Source of the DNA: Alphaproteobacteria bacterium | Lineage (GTDB): Bacteria; Pseudomonadota; Alphaproteobacteria; UBA828 | Direction of reading: 5' to 3' | DNA length: 64,000 nucleotides | Assembly: GCA_965237415.1 (NCBI GenBank) | Contig: CBDEFM010000002.1 | Coordinates: 3,552,001 to 3,616,000 of the forward strand | Shown here: positions 56,239 to 64,000 of the stretch, piece by piece | Numbering within the stretch: the first letter of the stretch is position 1 | Layout: each line of letters begins with the position of its first letter | Notes under the pieces: generated by a model | Told to the model about the DNA's origin: nothing | Database searches by the model: none | What the model saw: only the letters and a program-made list of their open reading frames with translations | Made by a program: the position numbers and the translations under genes

Positions 56239-56354
56239 TGGTTCGAATCGATCGCTTCGAACCACTAGCATTTTTCGTGATGGATCAACTTATCGAGACA
56301 TTTGAACATGCTATCGTCATTTAACCAGCAACAACCGGGGCCTCAAATGTCTCG
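56234..56354. repeat. Two intergenic inverted repeats
   Basis: 14-bp perfect IR 56234-56269; 12-bp IR 56294-56354. Confidence 0.75.
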
Positions 56355-56376
56355 GTCGATCCAGTAGGGAGACGAC

Positions 56377-57672
56377 ATGCCAATCCAGATTCTGATGCCG
56401 GCCCTCTCGCCGACGATGACCGAGGGCAATGTCGCGAGCTGGCTCAAGAGCGAGGGGGATGAGGTCGCCGCCGGCGATATCCTGTGCGAGATCGAGACCG
56501 ACAAGGCGACGATGGAGGTGGAGGCGACCGACGAGGGCACCCTCGGCAGGATCGTGGTGCCGGCCGGCACCGAAGGGGTGGCTGTGAATGCGGTCATCGG
56601 CTTGATCCTGGAGGAGGGCGAGGACGCATCGGCCCTCGACGGCGTAGAGATAGCCACTCCTGCCGTAGCGGCGCCCGCCGCAAGCGCAGCCCCGGCCCCG
56701 CAAGCGACAGCCCCGGTCGCCCCATCGCCCGGTGGCAATGGGGCGACGCCGCCCGCGCCCGCGCGGGAGCCCGGCGCCCGCATCTTCGCGAGCCCGCTGG
56801 CGCGGCGCATGGCCAAGCAGGCCGGCCTCGCGTTGGAGGCGATCGCCGGCACCGGCCCGAACGGGCGCATCGTGAAGGCGGATATCGAGGCGGCCATCGC
56901 CGCTGGTGCTGCCGCGCCTGCTGCTGCAGTAGCCGCACCCGCCCCCGCCGCGGCGCCTGCGGCGGCGCTGGCGCACGCCCCGGCCGCCTACCAGGACGCG
57001 CCGGCGAGCACCATGCGCAAGGTCATCGCCCAGCGGCTCCAGGAGGCGAAGCGCGAGGTCCCGCACTTCTATCTGACGGTCGAGTGCGCGGTCGATGCGC
57101 TGCTGGAGACCCGTGCGCAACTCAACGAGCGCTCGGACGCCTACAATCTCTCGGTCAACGACTTCGTGATCCGGGCCGCGGCGCTCGCGCTGCGAAAGGT
57201 CCCGGCCGCCAACGCGTCCTGGGTGGACGGCGCGCTCCGCCAATACGAGAGCGCCGATATCTCGGTGGCGGTCGCGATCGACGATGGGCTGGTGACGCCC
57301 ATCGTGCGCAACGCGGACGGCAAGGGACTGGCCGAGATCTCAGCCGAGGTGAGGGAGCTTGCCGGGCGCGCCCGGGCCAAGCCGATGGGTCTTGCGCCGG
57401 AGGAGTACCAGGGCGGCACCTTCAGCGTCTCCAACCTCGGCATGTACGGCATCAAGGAATTCGCGGCGATCATCAATCCGCCGCAGTCGATGATCCTCGC
57501 CGTCGGCACCGCCGAGCAGCGCCCGGTGGTCAAGGACGGCGCGCTCGCCGTCGCCACCATGATGACGTGCACGCTCTCGGTCGATCACCGGGTGGTCGAT
57601 GGCGCCCTCGGCGCCACGTTCCTGCAGGCGTTCAAGGGCCTGATCGAAGACCCGCTCACCATGCTTCTCTAG
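56377..57672 (+). CDS. pdhC: Dihydrolipoamide acetyltransferase E2
   Basis: ETDKA lipoyl site, ASPLARR, DHRVVDG. Confidence 0.97.
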   Translation: MPIQILMPALSPTMTEGNVASWLKSEGDEVAAGDILCEIETDKATMEVEATDEGTLGRIVVPAGTEGVAVNAVIGLILEEGEDASALDGVEIATPAVAAPAASAAPAPQATAPVAPSPGGNGATPPAPAREPGARIFASPLARRMAKQAGLALEAIAGTGPNGRIVKADIEAAIAAGAAAPAAAVAAPAPAAAPAAALAHAPAAYQDAPASTMRKVIAQRLQEAKREVPHFYLTVECAVDALLETRAQLNERSDAYNLSVNDFVIRAAALALRKVPAANASWVDGALRQYESADISVAVAIDDGLVTPIVRNADGKGLAEISAEVRELAGRARAKPMGLAPEEYQGGTFSVSNLGMYGIKEFAAIINPPQSMILAVGTAEQRPVVKDGALAVATMMTCTLSVDHRVVDGALGATFLQAFKGLIEDPLTMLL

Positions 57673-57721
57673 CGGGAGCCGGCCTCGCCGGCCCCTCATG
57701 CATACGAGACCGGAGGACATC

Positions 57722-59125
57722 ATGGCGGATGCGTCGTTTGACGTCGTCATCGTCGGAACCGGCCCTGGCGGCTATGTCGCGGCGATCCGCGCGAGCCAGC
57801 TCGGCCTGAAGACCGCCGTGGTCGAGCGCGAGCGCCTTGGCGGCATCTGCCTCAACTGGGGGTGCATCCCCACCAAGGCGCTGCTCCGGGTCTCGGAGCT
57901 CCGCCACACGCTCGGCCGGCTCGGCGATTTCGGAATCAGCGTGGGCGAGGTCTCGGTCGATATCGAAAAGGTCGTCGCCTATTCGCGCGGGGTCGCGGAC
58001 CAGCTCTCCCGCGGCGTCGCGTACCTGATGAAGAAGAACGGGGTCGCGGTGATCCAGGGCCACGCCCGGCTCGCAGGCCCCGGCGCGCTCGAAGTGACCA
58101 AGGAAGACGGCACAGCCGAGACCGTGCGCGCAGCCCACATCATCCTCGCCACCGGGGCGCGGGCGCGGGTGCTGCCGGGGCTCGAACCCGACGGTGAGAC
58201 GATCTGGACCTACAAGGAGGCGATGGTCCCCGCCGTGCACCCGAAATCGCTGCTGGTGATCGGCGCCGGCGCCATCGGCATGGAATTCGCGAGCTTCTAT
58301 GCCGATCTCGGCAGCGCCGTCACCGTGGTCGAGGTCCTGCCCCGCGTGCTGCCTGTCGAGGACGAGGAGATCTCGGCTGCGGCCCGCAAGGCCTTCGAGG
58401 CCCAGGGCATGACCATCCATACCGGCGCGCGCGTGACCGGTCTCGCGGCAAACGGCGGGGCGGTGCAGGCCGCCATCGAAACCGAAGACGGCAAGGCGGA
58501 AGAGGCCACGTTCGACCGCGCGATCCTCGCCGCCGGTATCGTCGGCAACGTGGAGGACCTCGGCCTGGAGGGCACCGGCGTTTTCGTCGAGAAGGGGCAC
58601 ATCCAGACCGACCCATGGATGGCGACCGGCGAGCCTGGCGTCTACGCCATCGGCGATGTCACCGGGCCGCCTTGGCTCGCCCACAAGGCCAGCCACGAGG
58701 GCGTGCTCTGCGTTGAGAAGATCGCGGGCGTCGACGGAGTCCACCCGCTGGATACGAGCAAAGTGCCGGCCTGCACATACTGCCGCCCCCAGGTCGCCTC
58801 GGTCGGGCTCACCGAAGCTGCGGCCAAGGAGCGCGGCCACGCGGTGCGGGTCGGGCGCTTCCCCTTCATCGGCAATGGCAAGGCCATCGCGCTCGGCGAG
58901 CCCGAGGGCATGGTCAAGACCGTGTTCGACGAGACGACCGGCGAGCTGCTCGGCGCCCACATGATCGGTACCGAGGTGACCGAGCTGATCCAGGGCTACA
59001 CGGTCGCCCGCACGCTGGAGAGCACCGAGGCCGAGCTCGCCGAGACGATTTTCCCGCACCCGACACTTTCGGAGGCGATGCACGAATCGGTGCTTGACGC
59101 TTATGGGCGCGTCCTCCACATCTAG
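57722..59125 (+). CDS. lpdA: Dihydrolipoamide dehydrogenase
   Basis: [19 protein letters not shown]. Confidence 0.97.
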   Translation: MADASFDVVIVGTGPGGYVAAIRASQLGLKTAVVERERLGGICLNWGCIPTKALLRVSELRHTLGRLGDFGISVGEVSVDIEKVVAYSRGVADQLSRGVAYLMKKNGVAVIQGHARLAGPGALEVTKEDGTAETVRAAHIILATGARARVLPGLEPDGETIWTYKEAMVPAVHPKSLLVIGAGAIGMEFASFYADLGSAVTVVEVLPRVLPVEDEEISAAARKAFEAQGMTIHTGARVTGLAANGGAVQAAIETEDGKAEEATFDRAILAAGIVGNVEDLGLEGTGVFVEKGHIQTDPWMATGEPGVYAIGDVTGPPWLAHKASHEGVLCVEKIAGVDGVHPLDTSKVPACTYCRPQVASVGLTEAAAKERGHAVRVGRFPFIGNGKAIALGEPEGMVKTVFDETTGELLGAHMIGTEVTELIQGYTVARTLESTEAELAETIFPHPTLSEAMHESVLDAYGRVLHI

Positions 59126-59148
59126 GCTGGAACACCGAGGATGCCGCC

Positions 59149-60090
59149 ATGCCGGATTCGCAGGTCACACCGCTGAAATCTCGCACCGACCGCCAGCCCA
59201 AGCCGGGCTGGCTCCGGGTCAAGGCGCCGACCTCAACCGAATACAACGCGACGCGAAAGCTGATGCGGATGCACCGGCTGAACACGGTGTGCGAGGAGGC
59301 GGCCTGTCCCAATATCGGCGAGTGCTGGGCCAAGGGCCACGCGACGGTGATGATCCTGGGCTCGGTCTGCACGCGCGCCTGCGCCTTTTGCAACGTCGCG
59401 ACCGGCCGGCCCGATCAGCTCGACCCGCACGAGCCGGACGAGCTCGCGCACGCGGTTTCCGCCCTCGGCCTCGACCACGTGGTCATTACCTCGGTCGACC
59501 GTGACGATCTCGAAGACGGCGGGGCGTTCCAGTTCGTGCGCTGTATCGTGCGGCTGCGCGAGACCGCGCCCGAAACCACGATCGAGGTGCTGACCCCCGA
59601 CTTCCGCAACAAGGCCGGCGCCATCGAGGCGGTGACGGACGCGAAGCCCGACGTCTACAACCACAATCTGGAGACGGTGCCGCGCCTCTATACCGAGGTG
59701 AGGCCCGGCGCGCGCTACTACCACTCGCTCCGCCTGCTCGACACAGTGAAGCGCCGCGATCCCTCTATCTTCACCAAATCCGGCGTCATGGTGGGCCTCG
59801 GTGAGGAGCGCCGCGAGATCCTGCAGGTGATGGACGATCTGCGCTCGGCAGACGTGGATTTCCTCACCATCGGCCAGTATCTGCGCCCGACCGAGCGCCA
59901 CCATGAGGTGATGCGCTACGTCACGCCGGACGAGTTCGCCGAGTACGAGCGGCTGGCCTACGCCAAGGGCTTCCTGATGGTCTCGTCCTCGCCGCTCACG
60001 CGCTCCTCCTACCACGCCGGCGACGATTTTCGGACCCTGCGGGCCAACCGCGAGGCCAAGCTCGCCTCCGCAGTCCCCGCCGACGCCTGA
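59149..60090 (+). CDS. lipA: Lipoyl synthase
   Basis: [26 protein letters not shown]. Confidence 0.97.
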   Translation: MPDSQVTPLKSRTDRQPKPGWLRVKAPTSTEYNATRKLMRMHRLNTVCEEAACPNIGECWAKGHATVMILGSVCTRACAFCNVATGRPDQLDPHEPDELAHAVSALGLDHVVITSVDRDDLEDGGAFQFVRCIVRLRETAPETTIEVLTPDFRNKAGAIEAVTDAKPDVYNHNLETVPRLYTEVRPGARYYHSLRLLDTVKRRDPSIFTKSGVMVGLGEERREILQVMDDLRSADVDFLTIGQYLRPTERHHEVMRYVTPDEFAEYERLAYAKGFLMVSSSPLTRSSYHAGDDFRTLRANREAKLASAVPADA

Positions 60091-60101
60091 AGGCGTGCCC
60101 G

Positions 60102-60566
60102 ATGCCGCAGCACGTCGAGCGCCGAGTCCTGCCCTATAGCTCGGCCCAGATGTTCGATCTCGTGGCCGAGGTCGAGCGCTATCCCGAGTTCCTGCCCTGG
60201 TGCTTAGGGACGCGCGTGACCAAACGCGAACCCGGCGAGCCCGGGATCGTCGAGGCCGACATGCTGATCGGCTTCATGATGTTCCGCGAGCGCTTCGGCT
60301 CACGGGTGCAATTGCACCGCGACGAATACCGGATCGAGGTGAACTACACCCACGGGCCGTTCCGTTACCTGGTCAATCGTTGGCGCTTCAGGGAGCGCTC
60401 GGACGGCTGCGAGGTGGATTTTTTCGTCGATTTCGAGTTCCGCTCCAGGCTCCTCAAGCGGGTCATGGGCGGGCTCTTCGCCGATGCGGTGAAGCGCATG
60501 GTGCGCTCCTTCGAGAGCCGCGCCCGCCAGCTCTACGGCACGCCCGCGGTGGAGGCGACCGGCTAG
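60102..60566 (+). CDS. ratA: RatA/PasT (Coq10-like START) protein
   Basis: MFDLVAEVERYPEFLPWC, GPFRYL.N.W.F. Confidence 0.9.
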   Translation: MPQHVERRVLPYSSAQMFDLVAEVERYPEFLPWCLGTRVTKREPGEPGIVEADMLIGFMMFRERFGSRVQLHRDEYRIEVNYTHGPFRYLVNRWRFRERSDGCEVDFFVDFEFRSRLLKRVMGGLFADAVKRMVRSFESRARQLYGTPAVEATG

Positions 60567-60704
60567 TGCGGAGTTCCTGCGACGACGAAACGCAAGAAAT
60601 TGCAAAACGAAGCCAATTTCGAGTAACTCGTTGAGTCATTGAACGAATTGGTGAACCACATCCACGCTGGCTCCTGATCGGGCGGCAAAAGGGGGAGGGC
60701 AATC

Positions 60705-62061
60705 GTGCCGGTCAAAGGTCCAACGCCTGAGCAGATCGTCGAAGTCGGCGCGCAGCTCGGTATGCGCCTCAGCAATGACGAGGCGGCCCAGTATCACACG
60801 GCGATGCAGCCGATGCTCGCGGGCTACGATGCCGTCGATGCCATGGCCGACGAGTTGCCGGAGGTGAGGTGCCCGCGCGTTCCCGGCTACCGGGCCACTG
60901 GCGACGAGAACCCACACAATGGCTGGTATTGGAAGACCGCGATCAAGGGCACGGCGGAAGGCAAGCTCGCCGGCAAGAAGGTGGGCATCAAGGACAACAT
61001 CTGCGTCGCCGGCGTGCCGATGATGAACGGCGCCTCCGTTCTCGAAGGCTACGTGCCGGAGGTCGACGCCACCGTCGTCGACCGCATCCTCGACGCAGGC
61101 GGCGAAATCGCCGGCAAGACGGCGTGCGAGTATCTCTGCTTCTCCGGCGGCAGCCACACCAATGCAACCGGCCTGCCGGTCCACAACCCGTGGAAGCGCG
61201 GCTACACCAGCGGCGGCTCCTCATCGGGCTCGGGCGCGGTGGTGGCGGCCGGCGACGTGGAGATGGCGATCGGCGGCGATCAGGGCGGCTCGATCCGCAT
61301 CCCGGCGTCGATGTGCGGGATCGTCGGGCTCAAACCCACGCATGGTCTCGTGCCCTATTCGGGCGTGATGCCGATCGAGCTGACCATCGACCACATCGGC
61401 CCCATGACCGATACGGTCGCCAACAACGCGCTGCTTCTGGAGGTCATCGCCGGCGCCGACGGGCTCGACCCGCGCCAGCGTGCGCGAGATCAGCATCCCC
61501 GAGCATCTGGTGGGCGGTGCCGTCTGGACCCCCATCGGGCTCGAGGGCACGGTCGATCTCATGATGAACGGCAACGGCTTCGGGACCAACTGGAAGGGCC
61601 TTTACATCACCAGCCTGATCGACCGCTATGCGCGCTGGCGCGAGCGGGCGGACGAGTTCCCCCATACGCTGAAGTACGCAATCCTCCTCGGCCAGTACAT
61701 GCTGAACCAGTATGGCGGCCGCTATTACGGCAAGGCGCAGAACATCGCCCGGCGCATCCGCGCGGCCTACGACCGCGCACTCGCGGAGTGCGACGTGATC
61801 GCCATGCCGACGATTCCGATTGTCGCGACGCCGATCCCGCCGGCGGACGCGCCCATCGACGTCTACATCCAGCGCGCCCACGAGATGTTGACCAACACCG
61901 CCGTCTTCAATGTCACCGGTCACCCATCGCTTACCGTTCCGTGCGGCTTGCGTGACGGTCTGCCGGTGGGACTCATGCTGACCGGCCGGCACTTCGACGA
62001 AGCGACCATCTACCGGGCCGCTCACGCCTATGAACAGTCGGTCGACTGGAAGACGCTCTGA
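60705..62061 (+). pseudogene. Amidase-signature amidase with internal deletion and frameshift near 61478
   Basis: KDN, GGSSSGS, GGDQGGSIRIP; after DGLDPRQ the protein resumes in another frame at VREISIP. Confidence 0.85.
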
Positions 62062-62093
62062 CCGGCGGCGACCATCAAGGGAGAACTGACGCC

Positions 62094-62726
62094 ATGATGC
62101 TCTACGAATTTTCGATCGCGCCCGGCCCGCGCCGGGTGCGGATTTTCGTTGCCGAGAAGGGGATCGAGATCCCCTCCGTCCAGATCAACACCCGCGAGCG
62201 GCAGCAGTTCACCGACGAGTATCGCGCCGTGAACCCCAACTGCGTGGTGCCGACGCTCGTGCTCGACGACGGCACCAGCATCGGCGAGTCGGTGGCGATC
62301 TGCCGCTATCTCGAGGAGACCCATCCCGAGCCCAACCTGATGGGCCGCGACGCCAAGGAGAAGGCGCTGATCGAGATGTGGAACCGGCAGGCGGAGCTCG
62401 AGGGCTACCTCGCGGCCGTCGATGCGCTGCGGAATGGCGCGCCCATGTTCGAGGATCGCGGGGTCGCGGGTGTGACGCGCGGGGTTCCGCAGATCCCCGC
62501 GCTGGCCGAGCGGGGCAAGCAGTCCATGGGCCGCTTCTTCTCCAAGCTCGACCGCCAGCTCGCAGAGAACCGCAATCTCGCGGGCGATACGTTCTCCATC
62601 GCCGACATCACGGCCTTCGTGACGATCGACTTCGCCAAGCGCGCAGAGATCGAGATGCCCAAGGACTGCTCCAACGTCGCCCGCTGGTTCGCCGAGGTCG
62701 GCGAGCGACCGAGCGCATCGGCTTAG
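62094..62726 (+). CDS. Glutathione S-transferase family protein
   Basis: PRRVRIF..EKG, NP..VPTL, ESVAICRYL, FSIADI. Confidence 0.92.
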   Translation: MMLYEFSIAPGPRRVRIFVAEKGIEIPSVQINTRERQQFTDEYRAVNPNCVVPTLVLDDGTSIGESVAICRYLEETHPEPNLMGRDAKEKALIEMWNRQAELEGYLAAVDALRNGAPMFEDRGVAGVTRGVPQIPALAERGKQSMGRFFSKLDRQLAENRNLAGDTFSIADITAFVTIDFAKRAEIEMPKDCSNVARWFAEVGERPSASA

Positions 62727-63019
62727 GCGCCCCCACGCCGGGCCGTTAGGCCCGGAGCGTCCTGCATCCGACGGACTTGTAAGGGTCGTCGGCGTCTGGA
62801 TCGGCTTAGCCCGCATTTCTCACCACGGTCATGGACAGCGCCGCCCTTCTGGTCGCGCCCAGACGCCCGCCCGCGGCGTCGCGGGCCTCAACCGTAGTCC
62901 CCGCTACGCTTTTCGGCCCGCTACTGGCGGATCGAACGCCTGGGCGCATCGTGCGCTCCGCGCGCGTCCCGCGCGACGCAGGCCGTGACCTTGGTGAGAA
63001 ATACGGGCTAGCGCCTCCG

Positions 63020-64000
63020 TCACACCGCGTAGTGCCGCAGGAAATCCCGGTCCGGCTCGACGCCGAGGCCCGGGCCGTCGGGGATCGCGGCGCGGCCCCC
63101 GTTGCGCGCGACCTGTTCCTGGATGTTCAGCGGACGGGTGAGCAGGTCGTCGCGAAACCTGTTCTCGGTCGTATCGAACTCCAGCATGGGCTCGCGCGGG
63201 TGGAGGCCGCCCGGCAGCGGCGGCATCGCCGCCAACAGTTGCAGGTTTGCGGCGACAGCGATGGCCGAGCCCCAGACATGGTTCACCACCGGCGTGAAAT
63301 GCGCGTGGCAGAGCGCGAGAACCCGGAGGTATTCGCTAATTCCGCCCAGCGAGCAGACCTCCGGCTGGGCAATGTCGAGGCCGCGGCTCTCCAGCAGTGT
63401 CCGCCACCCCCAGCGGCTGAACTCGACCTCGCCGCCGGCGATGTTGACGCGCAAACCGGCGCGCAAGGCCGCGTATCCATCCAGGTCCTCCGGCGCCACC
63501 GGTTCCTCGAACCAGAAGGCACCCAGCTCATCCAGCGCGCGGCCGACGTGAAAGGCGTCGGCGGCGGTGTAGCAGTGGTTGGCATCCACCATGAAGTCGA
63601 AGTCGTCGCCCACACCGCGCCGCACCGCCTCGGCCAGCGCCACGTCATGCTGCGGTCCCAGCCCGACTTTCATCTTGGCGGCGACGAAGCCCATCGCCTT
63701 GATTGCCGCGGCCTCGTCGGCGAAGCGCGCGGCGAGTGAGGCGGCATCCTCGCGCCGTAGCATCATGCCGTAGCCATAGACCGGAACCGACTGGCGATGG
63801 GCGCCGCCGATCAGCTTGTGGATCGGCAGCCCCGCCACTTTGCCGGCGATATCCCAGAGCGCGATGTCGACGCCGGAGAGCGCTTGCAACGGCATCCCCT
63901 TCTGGCCGTGATCGCGCAGCAGGTTGTAGACCCTGTGCCAGATCGGGTCGCGGTCCAGCGGGTCCATGCCCAGAACCATCGGCTGGATGACCTGCTCGAC
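63020..64000 (-). CDS. Mandelate racemase/muconate lactonizing enzyme family (5' end beyond the window)
   Basis: SGVDIALWDI.GK, KMK, MVDAN, WFEEP, GGE, PDGPGLG. Confidence 0.92.
   Translation of the reverse strand, partial: VEQVIQPMVLGMDPLDRDPIWHRVYNLLRDHGQKGMPLQALSGVDIALWDIAGKVAGLPIHKLIGGAHRQSVPVYGYGMMLRREDAASLAARFADEAAAIKAMGFVAAKMKVGLGPQHDVALAEAVRRGVGDDFDFMVDANHCYTAADAFHVGRALDELGAFWFEEPVAPEDLDGYAALRAGLRVNIAGGEVEFSRWGWRTLLESRGLDIAQPEVCSLGGISEYLRVLALCHAHFTPVVNHVWGSAIAVAANLQLLAAMPPLPGGLHPREPMLEFDTTENRFRDDLLTRPLNIQEQVARNGGRAAIPDGPGLGVEPDRDFLRHYAV

Noticed and set aside
60102-60566. RatA as part of a toxin-antitoxin module
   Set aside because: It sits in the usual position after lipA with no antitoxin; more likely the Coq10-like housekeeping protein

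Overview
GC-rich alphaproteobacterial (Rhodospirillales-like) chromosome segment. Core genes, left to right: lptB-lptA-lptC-kdsD, bioB-bioA, a TRAP transporter, bpt, purD, then the str-S10-spc cluster (rpsL..secY-adk, not followed by the alpha operon). Next come catabolic genes: class II aldolase, ectoine hydrolase DoeA, GFA, MOSC, a cobalt nitrile hydratase with a split beta subunit, and an SDR. The right end holds eno, a frameshifted ftsB, pdhABC-lpdA-lipA-ratA, an amidase pseudogene, a GST and an enolase-superfamily gene. A lower-GC defence-type island of ~16.5 kb (35297-51855) sits at tRNA-Lys(CTT), bounded by a 55-bp direct repeat. Its cargo: (i) an intact integrase between two outward-facing tRNA half-sites (Lys and fMet) with homologous inverted arms; (ii) a nest of IS66/DUF4338, DDE-ExeA, IS110 and IS21 remnants; (iii) an HTH-HNH protein with seven 41-aa zinc-ribbon repeats; (iv) a two-gene operon encoding a 1545-aa alpha/beta-hydrolase-TPR-PIN-like protein and a 641-aa unknown; (v) a RelE-type TA pair. 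An older island remnant to the left carries a HEPN-like gene interrupted by a 125-bp MITE. All calls come from motif recognition by eye; no database search was run.
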